From contig JBAZWW010000006.1 in NCBI GenBank assembly GCA_041660165.1, positions 10,337-74,336 on the forward strand: a stretch of DNA of 64,000 nt, written 5' to 3'. Numbering within the stretch: position 1 is the stretch's first letter; each line of letters opens with the position of its first letter. The notes below the pieces were generated by a model. It made no database searches. It had not been told where the DNA came from and saw nothing but the letters and a program-made list of their open reading frames with translations. Source of the DNA: Patescibacteria group bacterium. GTDB lineage: Bacteria; Patescibacteriota; Patescibacteriia; UBA9934. The position numbers and the translations under genes were made by a program. Positions 27,830 to 36,616 of this stretch are shown here, one piece after another.

Positions 27830-28961
27830 GAGGTGGTGCTATTGGAACTTCTTTTTTGACGGCTTCCTCAGTTGCTTTCGCGGCGGCTGCGGTGGCGGCA
27901 TCTTTAGCGGCCTGGACGTCATCAAGCGTGGTTGTAATCATGAACTCTATGTCGGCAAGTTTTCCTTCAAGGGCTAAGAGCTCGCTGTCCACTCCTTGTA
28001 ATGTGTCAAAGGCTGATCTGTATCCTCCGGCTGCAAAGCCGTTCATGGCTTCCGGAATTTGCAGGCGGGTTTGTTTAATGATGAGGGTCATGTGCCGGAG
28101 ATCATCCGCCGTTGGCACTCCACCAATGCCTTTGAAGACCACGTTGCCACTGATGGTGTCGGTAATTGTGGCGATTCTATGCTCGTCAAATGTTTGTCTT
28201 GCCTCAATTGCGCCAAGTTCTTTCTTAAACATTTCTTTCAATTCTTGGCCTGAGCGCTGGGTGGCTGAAGCTTCATGGACGTCTACCGCAACGGTAGTGG
28301 CGGCTTCCTGTGTATCTTTTGCGGCCTGTTTGGCTACCAGCGCTTCCTGCCCCGCCTCTGGCTGTTCACTAGCGGCCGCGTTCTGATCAATCACGGTCTT
28401 CATGGCATCAATTTTGTTCTGCACATCTGTAACAACCGCAAGGGCTTGGCCAGATTCAACCGTGCCCTTCAAACTCTTGAGATCGGCTGAAGCCTGAGAA
28501 AGTTCAGTAGCGTATTCATGCATTGCAGTCTTGGCCAATTCGAGGTGGGCGACGCGAGCGTCGCCCGTACTACGCAGTTGCGTTGCTTCGTCCAATCGGC
28601 GCTCAGCGAATTCCGTGTGGAGGACTGCCCTTCTATCAAGTGAGGCAAGTCTTAGCTGGGCTTGTTCAGTGATTCGCTTCACCGAGTAGAGCGTATCGCC
28701 AGGAAGGCTGTTTGAGGCCGCGCTCACGGTAGAAAGACTGCCGGAGAAAAGGACAAGGGCGGAGACACCAATGGTGACGGGCTTTGAGATGAAAGAACCA
28801 AGATACCAAGAGACATATGAAGGAGCGGTCTTCTGAACTGGAGCATCAACAGAAATACGGGCCATGAGGCGGGACTTCATTGCCTCATGCGCAGAAAACG
28901 AAAGCGCCCCGGCCTTGGGGTCATTTTTCAAACTGCTTAATTTAGCGAAGAGGTTTGACAC
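27816..28961 (-). CDS. Putative anti-sigma factor (single-pass membrane, DUF5667-like extracytoplasmic helical domain)
   Basis: 381 aa; cytoplasmic N-terminus, one TM (VTIGVSALVLFSGSLSTVSAA), helical/coiled-coil C-terminal domain; 25-nt overlap with the upstream ECF sigma gene. Confidence 0.55.
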   Translation of the reverse strand: MSNLFAKLSSLKNDPKAGALSFSAHEAMKSRLMARISVDAPVQKTAPSYVSWYLGSFISKPVTIGVSALVLFSGSLSTVSAASNSLPGDTLYSVKRITEQAQLRLASLDRRAVLHTEFAERRLDEATQLRSTGDARVAHLELAKTAMHEYATELSQASADLKSLKGTVESGQALAVVTDVQNKIDAMKTVIDQNAAASEQPEAGQEALVAKQAAKDTQEAATTVAVDVHEASATQRSGQELKEMFKKELGAIEARQTFDEHRIATITDTISGNVVFKGIGGVPTADDLRHMTLIIKQTRLQIPEAMNGFAAGGYRSAFDTLQGVDSELLALEGKLADIEFMITTTLDDVQAAKDAATAAAAKATEEAVKKEVPIAPPLDPS

Positions 28962-29485
28962 AGGTCTTGTAGGGCTTTTTTTGCTCGGTGAAGTAAGACG
29001 CGGACACTATTAGGAGTTCTGTCGAGTATGCCGGCCATCTCACCCACGCTCATCTCATTTAAGTAACGGAGGACGAGTACTTCTCTAAACTCGTCTTTCA
29101 AGGACTTGAGCTTGTCGAGCAAATCGTCACTCTCAAGCTTGCTAGCTACGTTGTCTTCGAGCGCTTCTTTCGAGGGGACCCGTTCAAGGACTTCCTCAGA
29201 CACTTGATCCACGGGCGAGTTTCGACGATAGAAATCGGCGACAAGGTTTCGAGCTATGCGAAAGAACAGGGCGCCAGCGTTATCAACACTGCTTGAAGTC
29301 ATGTACTCCCAGCTTCTCAAAAATACCTCGCTTGTCAGCTCATCTGCATCTTCTGCGCGCGGGACCTTGAACACAAGGAACCGGCGGACGCGATCAGCGT
29401 GCATGTCATAGAGCTGGCCATACGCGTCTGTGTCTTTAAAACGATAGACGCGGAAGGCAAGAAATTTTTGGCGGTACGCTGACAT
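28937..29485 (-). CDS. RNA polymerase sigma-70 ECF-subfamily sigma factor
   Basis: Region 2 (YGQLYDMHADRVRRFLVFKVPRAEDADELTSEVFLRSW) and region 4 (LRYLNEMSVGEMAGILDRTPNSVRVLLHRAKKAL). Start reassigned to Met28 (~29485) because the longer ORF would run into its own promoter. Confidence 0.8.
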   Translation of the reverse strand: MSAYRQKFLAFRVYRFKDTDAYGQLYDMHADRVRRFLVFKVPRAEDADELTSEVFLRSWEYMTSSSVDNAGALFFRIARNLVADFYRRNSPVDQVSEEVLERVPSKEALEDNVASKLESDDLLDKLKSLKDEFREVLVLRYLNEMSVGEMAGILDRTPNSVRVLLHRAKKALQDLCQTSSLN

Positions 29486-29537
29486 GTATATAGTCGTTTG
29501 GAAAGAGAAAACATTACAGCCGGAGTAATAAGGGGCT

Positions 29538-29566
29538 AATGTAACAAGCGAATCGTGCATGGTCAA
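29538..29566 (-). promoter_or_regulatory. Sigma-70-like promoter TTGACC-17-TACATT for the ECF sigma operon
   Basis: Read on the minus strand; ~50 nt upstream of the reassigned start. Confidence 0.4.
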
Positions 29567-29586
29567 CGGTTCTGCTCATTACACGC

Positions 29587-29615
29587 TTGACCACTCCCCC
29601 AGCATTGTCTACACT
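29587..29615 (+). promoter_or_regulatory. Sigma-70-like promoter TTGACC-17-TACACT for the HTH gene
   Basis: Divergent from the ECF promoter; a GCATGGTCAA decamer occurs twice (29556-29565, 29618-29627). Confidence 0.4.
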
Positions 29616-29658
29616 GGCATGGTCAAAGAAAAAGTTTGTCCACACTAGTGTAACGCTT

Positions 29659-29934
29659 ATGCAAACCCCTATCCGCCTCTCAGTCTCAGAAGCTGCTAAA
29701 CTTTTTGGCGTAAGTGCCAGAACTGTTCGGCGAGCGATCACAGACGGGGCTGTAACCTATATAGTCGTTCAAGGGCGGTATAAAATTACATTCGACTCCC
29801 TTTTGAAGTGGAGCCAGGAAACCACCACAGTCAAAAACAAGATGAACAAAACCGGCCTTGGCCAATACGTAGACCGCTGGAAGATCAAGAACAGGCTGTA
29901 CTCGCCCAATCCGAAGGCGCTGGAAAATGAGTAA
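29659..29934 (+). CDS. Helix-turn-helix DNA-binding protein, excisionase/MerR-like (HTH_17)
   Basis: LSVSEAAKLFGVSARTVRRAITDGAV...; ~91 aa from the internal Met. Confidence 0.6.
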   Translation: MQTPIRLSVSEAAKLFGVSARTVRRAITDGAVTYIVVQGRYKITFDSLLKWSQETTTVKNKMNKTGLGQYVDRWKIKNRLYSPNPKALENE

Positions 29935-29935
29935 T

Positions 29936-29968
29936 ACAAAAACCGCCACTTCAGGCGGTTTTTGTATT
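29936..29968. terminator. Bidirectional intrinsic terminator AAAAACCGCC-ACTTCA-GGCGGTTTTT
   Basis: 10-bp GC-rich stem flanked by an A-tract and a T-tract, between convergent genes. Confidence 0.8.
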
Positions 29969-31136
29969 ACTCAACCGCCAGTGCGGGCTTGAGGTGCGAG
30001 GTCTTGTCCTCGTAAACCTTCACCGTCTTTTGCGCGATGCCGTCCCAGTTGAAAGTGTCTTCTACGTAGGTGCGGGCCACGTGGCCTATGGCGGCGGCTT
30101 TCATAGGTTCAGCCGTGAGCTCAATCATTTTGTTCTTAAGATCGTCGATGTTGCCGACCTTGAATGGCAAGCCGTTGTCACCTATGGCTTCCATGTTCTC
30201 AGGAATGTCTGAGGCAATAACGGCCTTGCCATAACTCATAGCTTCAAGAAGCGCAATGGACATGCCCTCGCTCGTGGACGGATTCACAATAAAGCGAGCG
30301 CCCATAAAAAGAGATTCAAGCGTGTCCCCGCGCTGGTAGCCGGTGAAGACCACAGATTCATCGCCAGTAGACATGCCCTTCAGTTCGCGCACATAGTCAT
30401 CTGTAAAGGCGGAGTCGCCAACAATCGCGAGTTTAAGCGAGTGAAAAAGCTTTGGCTGTTCAGCGCGCGCTTTCTGCCAAGCGGAAATGAGCGTGTGCTG
30501 ACCCTTGTGACGGACAAGACGAGCAACAACAGCAATATAGCCAAAAGGTTCAAGGCCAAAAGGCTTGAGCAAAATAGGGTCAGCAGAACAACGGCGCGGA
30601 GTGATACCGTTTGGAATAAACGTGGCCTGCACGCCGTATTCTGCAAGTACGTAATCTCGAAGTACTTTAGAGACCGTAATTGTTTCGTGCGGAAACGTCA
30701 CCGCGGCCCGCTCGCCCATACGCAAGACCCAACGCGCAAAGCGGTTCCACTTTTCATGGAAGCGATCAATAGCATGGAAGGTCACAATCACTCTGGCACC
30801 CGGAGCAAGAATTCTTGGAATAAACGAAAGCAAGGCCTGGCCTACGCTGTGAAAATGGTACACATCTGGACGCACGAAAAGCACGGCGTGCATAGTGGCC
30901 AAAAACGTATGCGAAATTGCATCAAAATATTTTGTCTTAATGGACGGCAAGCGAATAATGCGAATGCCGTTATAGGCCTTCGTTCCACGGGGCGTGTACC
31001 AGTTTCTGGCATACGCAATGACCGTGTGGCCAGAGCGCACCAGGCGAGTACTCAATTCAGTGACGTGGGTTTCCACCCCGCCAAAGATACTCGGCACACC
31101 TTTTTGTCCAATCATGACAATTTTCATAACCGCCAA
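29967..31136 (-). CDS. Glycosyltransferase family 4
   Basis: 389 aa; STSEGMSIALLEAMSYGKAVIASDIPENMEAIGDNG. Confidence 0.8.
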   Translation of the reverse strand: MAVMKIVMIGQKGVPSIFGGVETHVTELSTRLVRSGHTVIAYARNWYTPRGTKAYNGIRIIRLPSIKTKYFDAISHTFLATMHAVLFVRPDVYHFHSVGQALLSFIPRILAPGARVIVTFHAIDRFHEKWNRFARWVLRMGERAAVTFPHETITVSKVLRDYVLAEYGVQATFIPNGITPRRCSADPILLKPFGLEPFGYIAVVARLVRHKGQHTLISAWQKARAEQPKLFHSLKLAIVGDSAFTDDYVRELKGMSTGDESVVFTGYQRGDTLESLFMGARFIVNPSTSEGMSIALLEAMSYGKAVIASDIPENMEAIGDNGLPFKVGNIDDLKNKMIELTAEPMKAAAIGHVARTYVEDTFNWDGIAQKTVKVYEDKTSHLKPALAVE

Positions 31137-31247
31137 TCTTAGCAGAAAAATGGGCTTTTGTCAAGCCAAAAACCACATTTCTTCGCTATTGTCAGCGGCA
31201 AGTATACCCTGATTCAAATGCTTGAAATTCCCATATCCCTCTCTTCT

Positions 31248-31319
31248 CCATCCTGAGCGAGAGCGAAGGATCCGCCCCTCACACGTGAAAGTCGGACCCT
31301 TCGCATAGCTCAGGGTGGG
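31248..31319. repeat. Family-2 ~72-nt palindromic intergenic element
   Basis: CCATCCTGAGCGAGAGCGAAGGATCCG-CCCCTCACACGTGAAAGT-CGGACCCTTCGCATAGCTCAGGGTGGG. Confidence 0.65.
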
Positions 31320-31332
31320 AATAATACTCAAG

Positions 31333-32166
31333 CTATTTGGGTTCAAGGACAATCACCCTCTTCGCGCCGTGTTCAGGATCCCCGCTGTTCCAATCGCCAA
31401 TGGCGTTCATGAAGACGGAAGTGTTGTAGGAATAATTCTCGCCGTGCCTGGTGCCGGGGTCATTCGTAATGAAGGTGTCTTTCGTGTACCCGCGGATGAC
31501 AAGCATGTGATAGAGCGGGCCCTCGCCAGTGAAAAACGGGTTGCCCAGCTTCCGGCCGGCAGCGGGAGCAACGATGGGATCGCCTTTTTTGATCAAGGCT
31601 TTAAGCTCGTCAACTGTCGGATTATCGATCACCCTGGCCGTAAACTTATCCGAATATTTTTCGAGTGTGGCCACCGTCTCGGCCGACGTCATACTCAAAC
31701 CATAGCCGAGTGAATTCTCGATGTCCGTCATCTTGGCGTATTCATCTTCTGCAAACTGCGGGTCAAGCGTTTCAGCTTTTGTGCCTTGGTAATACTCGAC
31801 GGCCATTAACAGCGAGGCCTCTTCACATGTTTCTTCATGGTAGGCGTCCCATTTCATAAAGGGAGCCTGCGAAGAGAACGGGACGGAGAGATTGAATTCG
31901 ACGGCTGAGGGAGGAGGAACCACCGGTGGAGCTGTTGGAATTATCGAGGGGACCAATGCCGGAGGCAAGGCTACCCCTCCTGGCGTCGGGGTGGGAGTGG
32001 TTGAGTTATCGCTAGAAACAACCTCGTCGTGCGTAACCGAAGGGACAGTGGCGGTGGGAACGGTGGGACGCGAAAAGTACGCCTGGATTCTTAATCCGCC
32101 GGCCACCACAAGAACAATGAGAAGCGGAATAAATGCCTTCCAAGAAATCGGTGTTCGCGTTTGCAT
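31333..32166 (-). CDS. Membrane-anchored peptidase C39-like (YvpB-like) domain protein
   Basis: 277 aa; N-terminal TM, Pro/Thr-rich linker, then SQAPFMKWDAYHEETCEEASLLMAVEYY (Gln/Cys of the C39_2 fold) and a later His (HMLVIRGY). Confidence 0.5.
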   Translation of the reverse strand: MQTRTPISWKAFIPLLIVLVVAGGLRIQAYFSRPTVPTATVPSVTHDEVVSSDNSTTPTPTPGGVALPPALVPSIIPTAPPVVPPPSAVEFNLSVPFSSQAPFMKWDAYHEETCEEASLLMAVEYYQGTKAETLDPQFAEDEYAKMTDIENSLGYGLSMTSAETVATLEKYSDKFTARVIDNPTVDELKALIKKGDPIVAPAAGRKLGNPFFTGEGPLYHMLVIRGYTKDTFITNDPGTRHGENYSYNTSVFMNAIGDWNSGDPEHGAKRVIVLEPK

Positions 32167-32174
32167 ATAAGTTT

Positions 32175-32247
32175 CCCATCCCGAGCCATGCGAGGGATCC
32201 GACTCTCACATGTGAGGGGCGGATCCTTCGCTCTCGCTCAGGATGGG
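32175..32247. repeat. Family-2 ~73-nt palindromic element, inverted relative to the 31248 copy
   Basis: The reverse complement is ~90% identical to the 31248-31319 element; lies 8 nt upstream of the C39-like gene start. Confidence 0.65.
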
Positions 32248-32256
32248 AACCGTCAA

Positions 32257-33642
32257 TTATCTAAGATGTTTCTCGGCCCATTCTTTCAAAACGAGCGTGG
32301 CCCGCACGTCATCTTCGTTGTACTCGATAATATCTTTGAGCGAGGCCTCATCAGCCTGTGTCAACCACTTCTCAAACCATAGCACGGAATTCAAACCAGA
32401 GGCATCTTCATGGCGCCAGCGGAAACCAAGAAACTGAGCAATATCCTTGAGGCTGTAAAACGACAGCGGGAAAACCACGGCCTCGCGCAGACGCACAAGC
32501 AAATCTACGCCCTGCTCTTCGAGCATGGAAATGACTTCAATCGGCGTGTCATATTTCTCGCCCAGCTCTTTGAAAGTCGCTTGTTCGCTCCAGCCGTAGT
32601 GATACATGGGCACGCCGGGATACTTTTTCATGAAATCAACAAACTCTTCCCAGGCTCGGCGTTCATCCTTCGGATCTTTCGCCAGGAAGGAGTGATACAC
32701 ATCAATGCCATGACCCTTCTCAAGCACTCCAAAAAGATAATGCACGTTGCGCAAGGGATCGCTTTCTACATCGACAATAAGAATGAGTTCTGACTCCGGC
32801 AGATCAATTGCGCCAACGCGAAGATACCGGTTTTCAGCGAGTGCTCGCGCCTGGAGATGCAGGAAGTCGAGACGATCCCTCGTCACGCCGGTAACTCGAG
32901 CCGCCACGAGATCAACGTTCACGCGAGCGAGCTCGGACACCGTTTTGAAACCGGCAGATTCAAGCTCCTTCACTTCGCTTCGCCAGATGCGGTTCAACCT
33001 GGAGAGCGAGTCGCACTCGATTGATTCATTTTTGCAGACAGAAAACCAAGGCGACTGTTTGCAATCGCTCGTCAAAAAATGGGGCTCTTCGCTTCCGTCG
33101 AGGATCCGCTCAATCGCATCGAGGGTCAACCGGTATTTCACAAGCGTGTCCTCGAGCAAGTATGACTCTATCTCCCCCGTGGCCCGCATCACGTACCCCT
33201 GCACTGGTTTTGTCCCCTGGAGCAGGCCGAGCAATTCCGCGTAAAAACAACCCTGCATTCTGAACTCGTCCTTCAAGTGTCTTGAGCGCTTGATGTCGCA
33301 CGCTACATAGTAATAGTTGCCGAGCTTGGACTTCCCTTCTACGCGCTCTAACAGGTCAGGACGAGCCACAAATCGGCCGTGCACAAGAGCCCCCGAGTAG
33401 ATGCTCGGCGTTCCCTTTTTCATTTCAGCGAGGGTTTGCTCAAAAGCGAGTTCAATATCGTCGGCCGAAATTTCCACAACATTGCGAGTCTTCAAAAGCT
33501 CGCGCTCTACAACTGGCAAAAGACCGTCCTGCTGGAGACGGTCTTTCAAATCGTTCTCTCTGCCCTCCCCCTTGGCGTCATGCGCAATCCAAGATGGGCA
33601 TTTGAGATACTGGTAGAAATGTCTTTCGCTGATGGTTTTCAT
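32257..33642 (-). CDS. TM0106-family predicted nuclease (RecB-like PD-(D/E)xK domain plus RNase-H-like/DnaQ-like domain)
   Basis: 461 aa; YYVACDIKRS (D/E-x-K), ILIVDVESDP and YNEDDV exonuclease-like motifs. Confidence 0.5.
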   Translation of the reverse strand: MKTISERHFYQYLKCPSWIAHDAKGEGRENDLKDRLQQDGLLPVVERELLKTRNVVEISADDIELAFEQTLAEMKKGTPSIYSGALVHGRFVARPDLLERVEGKSKLGNYYYVACDIKRSRHLKDEFRMQGCFYAELLGLLQGTKPVQGYVMRATGEIESYLLEDTLVKYRLTLDAIERILDGSEEPHFLTSDCKQSPWFSVCKNESIECDSLSRLNRIWRSEVKELESAGFKTVSELARVNVDLVAARVTGVTRDRLDFLHLQARALAENRYLRVGAIDLPESELILIVDVESDPLRNVHYLFGVLEKGHGIDVYHSFLAKDPKDERRAWEEFVDFMKKYPGVPMYHYGWSEQATFKELGEKYDTPIEVISMLEEQGVDLLVRLREAVVFPLSFYSLKDIAQFLGFRWRHEDASGLNSVLWFEKWLTQADEASLKDIIEYNEDDVRATLVLKEWAEKHLR

Positions 33643-34319
33643 TTTGCATCTTCAACCGTCACTTTCACCATCTTCTGTTCTGCACGCGGACGGTCACTGC
33701 CGTCAACGGGAGTTTCTGCGATGGCATCCACGAACTCCATGCCCGAAATCACTTTGCCAAAAATGGTGTAGAGATGATCCAACGGTACGTCTTTATGCAT
33801 GATGAAGAACTGACTGCCATTGGTATTCGAACCGGCATTAGCCATAGCGAGTGTTCCGCGCGTATACGTTCTGGCGTCCTTCAGCTCGTCAGCGAACTGG
33901 TAGCCAGGACCGCCGGATCCCGTTCCTGTTGGATCTCCGCCCTGGATCATAAAATCTTTGATCACTCGATGAAAAATCAGGCCATCGTAATAGCCCTGCT
34001 TAGCCAGCGAGATAAAGTTGGACACGGCCAGCGGAGCGGTGTCCGGATAAAGTTCGAGCACGACGTCGCCCTTTGCGGTAGTGATGCGAACTTGCTTCTT
34101 CTCAATTTCGCTTGCCGGCAACTTACCAACTGACGAATATGCCTTCATAGGTTCGGTTGTTTTTTGAGACAAAGAATCCGACGCTGGTTTTACCACAACA
34201 TCGGAAATTCCGGTAGGTTCGTCTTTCGAGGTCGTCAAATCAGTCGTAGAACTCTGGACACAACCGGCGCCCAGCGTCATGACAAGAAAGGCAACAGAAA
34301 CAAGAGGCGCGAATCGCAT
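33639..34319 (-). CDS. Secreted peptidyl-prolyl cis-trans isomerase, cyclophilin type
   Basis: 226 aa; signal/lipoprotein N-terminus (LGAGC); FHRVIKDFMIQGGDPTGTGSGGPGYQF. Confidence 0.85.
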   Translation of the reverse strand: MRFAPLVSVAFLVMTLGAGCVQSSTTDLTTSKDEPTGISDVVVKPASDSLSQKTTEPMKAYSSVGKLPASEIEKKQVRITTAKGDVVLELYPDTAPLAVSNFISLAKQGYYDGLIFHRVIKDFMIQGGDPTGTGSGGPGYQFADELKDARTYTRGTLAMANAGSNTNGSQFFIMHKDVPLDHLYTIFGKVISGMEFVDAIAETPVDGSDRPRAEQKMVKVTVEDAK

Positions 34320-34330
34320 ATTGTGGAAAA

Positions 34331-34585
34331 TTATCTGGAAGAAAGCATGGTCTGAAGCTGAGCAACCTTGGCCTGCTGGAGGTTCAGAGCGTAGACCGTA
34401 GTAAAGAGCACAGCGGAGAGCGAGAAGACCAGAACGAGCATGAGCGCAGTCAGATCATGAGAGCCGATCGGCAACATGTTACAGCTAGAACACGTACCGC
34501 CGGCATGTGATTTTGCGGACACGGACACGGTTTTTGTTTTCATAGATGCGCGCGGTTTTTTGATTGATGTAATAGGTGTAGACAT
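34331..34585 (-). CDS. Small tail-anchored membrane protein (hypothetical)
   Basis: ~84 aa from the Met preceded by AAGGAGG; single C-terminal TM (LTALMLVLVFSLSAVLFTTVYAL). Confidence 0.4.
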   Translation of the reverse strand: MSTPITSIKKPRASMKTKTVSVSAKSHAGGTCSSCNMLPIGSHDLTALMLVLVFSLSAVLFTTVYALNLQQAKVAQLQTMLSSR

Positions 34586-34694
34586 AGCCTCCTTGTTATT
34601 AAACGGGGACAAAGAAAATTTCGTCCCTGAAGAATGTTGATTACCGCGAAAGTATATCATAGCTCTTAGCGCTCATTATACACGCCCTCTGCTC

Positions 34695-34718
34695 CCACCC
34701 CGACGTGAGGAGGGGTAG
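34695..34718. repeat. Family-1 hairpin element (ACCCC-GACGTGAGGA-GGGGT)
   Basis: ~110 nt upstream of the small membrane protein start; followed by a perfect TATAAT. Confidence 0.55.
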
Positions 34719-34741
34719 TATTTCTAGGGCTCGAGGTTTGT

Positions 34742-35572
34742 TTAGGCGATACTCTTTTTTGTTGGCTGTTTCAAAAAGTTTTGCTTTGACACAATCGGCC
34801 GGCCAAGTTTTTTCTCAAGTTGTTTTCTTGCACCGCCGGCAATTGTGCCACCGGCTCTGGCGTCGGCTTTGAGTTTCTTTACGCCTTTCGAATTCTCGTT
34901 GCGATGGATCTCCGTAGTCGAACGCTCACCGAGCATGTTAAAGATGAGCTCGAAATCATCCATATGATCGCGCAGATTCTCGCGTTTCAAGCCCTTGAGC
35001 TTTTTGTACTCAGTTGGCGTAACCCCAAAAGTGGCTTTAGAGATTTCTGCCGTCAAAATCTCATAATCGCCACTTTCTTTGGCCCCGCGATTTTTCCATT
35101 CGTCCGTAAGCTCTTCGCGGATGACGATTCCGCGCATGCGCTTCTCAATCCAGTCTTCGTTGTATCCCTTCAGCTTGTAGAGTATGCGGGTACGCTTTGT
35201 TGCGAGTTCGGGATTCTCGATCTCCTGCACACGCTCAAATCCAACCTTGGCAAGCCAACGCTTGAAGGGTTCTGCTTTAGGAGAAGGAACAGATTGAATT
35301 ATGCGAAACATGCCCTCAATATCAGCACAATCCGTCTCTCGCATCTTCCCGTCCGGAGCTTCCAATTTCAACTGGTGACATTTTGTCACCACTTCACTTC
35401 CCTCTTCTCGTAGCCGTTGAGATAACTTATTCCAATATTTTCTCGCCACATAATCATCCTCCTGGTCAATGAGCGCCCGAATAACATCCACCACCGAAAA
35501 CCACCACTCACCATTGACAAGTGCCTTGCGTATCTCCTTACCCTTGAACAATGCAATGTGGTTGTTCGTCAT
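34742..35572 (-). CDS. DinD-like DNA-damage-inducible protein (N-terminal Bro-N domain)
   Basis: 276 aa; Bro-N signature LFKGKEIRKALVNGEWWFSVVDVIRAL; C-terminal half parallels E. coli DinD (GLKRENLRDHMDDFELIFNMLGERSTTEI...). Confidence 0.65.
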   Translation of the reverse strand: MTNNHIALFKGKEIRKALVNGEWWFSVVDVIRALIDQEDDYVARKYWNKLSQRLREEGSEVVTKCHQLKLEAPDGKMRETDCADIEGMFRIIQSVPSPKAEPFKRWLAKVGFERVQEIENPELATKRTRILYKLKGYNEDWIEKRMRGIVIREELTDEWKNRGAKESGDYEILTAEISKATFGVTPTEYKKLKGLKRENLRDHMDDFELIFNMLGERSTTEIHRNENSKGVKKLKADARAGGTIAGGARKQLEKKLGRPIVSKQNFLKQPTKKSIA

Positions 35573-35581
35573 ATGTTCGTA

Positions 35582-35806
35582 TCATACCACATCTGAAACA
35601 CTTCCCTGCCAGCCCCAATCTTTAATAACTTTCGCCAGCTCCTCCTTCAAATCCGCTTTGCCAAGTTTGCACTCCTGAAACGGCCCGCTAAAAAATGGCT
35701 TCATCTTGTCCCATATAATGCCGTAGGCTTCCTGGATACGAGCCGAGAATTTCGGCGAGAGAAGCGTCATGCCGTCGGCGTCAAAGAGAATAGCCTTGTA
35801 GGTCAT
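35582..35806 (-). pseudogene. HAD-superfamily hydrolase N-terminal fragment (74 aa; motif I only)
   Basis: AILFDADGMTLL is HAD motif I (DxDG[TV]); the ORF stops before cap/motifs II-IV; wedged between the Fic and DinD-like genes with 3-nt and 9-nt gaps. Confidence 0.4.
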
Positions 35807-35809
35807 AAA

Positions 35810-36427
35810 CTATGATTTTGGTTTTCGACTCAGCCCGGCGTAAACAATCCTCTCCATCGGTAAATACTGCTTGGACATGCCTTTAATACACGCATGGATA
35901 TATTCATCTTGAGTTTTCTTGGCCCAGTCAATCGGATAGTATCCACTGTTTACTACCAAGAGATCAAGGAACAGACGAATCGTTCGGCCATTTCCTTCCC
36001 GGAAAGGATGAATCGCATTCAGCTCGCTATGTAAGAACGCAACCTTCTTTGCCATCTGCCTCTTAGTATCACTGTCCTTCGGGGTGTTGAGCTTAAAACT
36101 AGCCTCAAACTCTTTCAGTGAGGTTGGCAAATGAGCCAAAGCGGCAAACTGCATTCCATTCTTAGCAATGTCCACCGTTCTCACCTTTCCTGCCCAAGTA
36201 TAGAGCGGGGAAAGAAAATACTGATGAATCTCAAAAAGTGTCTTGGGGCCAAATCTCATTCTACCCTGAGCAAGCAAATCAAAAAAATACTCGTATGCAT
36301 CAGAAAAAAGATGTGTTTCGGCATCATCAAGCGCTGCTTGAGTATGAATTCCGAGTTTATTTTTCAAAACTTTACCATCCATCCCAGATGCTTCACCGCC
36401 TACACTATAGCGAGAATGCTCTGCCAT
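35810..36427 (-). CDS. Fic/Doc-family protein (putative AMP/phospho-transferase)
   Basis: 205 aa; canonical Fic motif HPFREGNGRTIRLFLDLL. Confidence 0.8.
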   Translation of the reverse strand: MAEHSRYSVGGEASGMDGKVLKNKLGIHTQAALDDAETHLFSDAYEYFFDLLAQGRMRFGPKTLFEIHQYFLSPLYTWAGKVRTVDIAKNGMQFAALAHLPTSLKEFEASFKLNTPKDSDTKRQMAKKVAFLHSELNAIHPFREGNGRTIRLFLDLLVVNSGYYPIDWAKKTQDEYIHACIKGMSKQYLPMERIVYAGLSRKPKS

Positions 36428-36616
36428 AGCGTTTTAATACCTTAATAATTGAGGCGTTATTCCTCGCTCTGGCCACGCTCTGCCCCTCCATTTTTGAAGA
36501 TTGAGCCACGGCCTTCTTTATAGCAATTTTGGAAATTGAGACGCCTTTGGTCATACAAAAACCATCTTTATATTATCTATATTCTATCATTAGCTACTTA
36601 TAATATCAATCTACCC

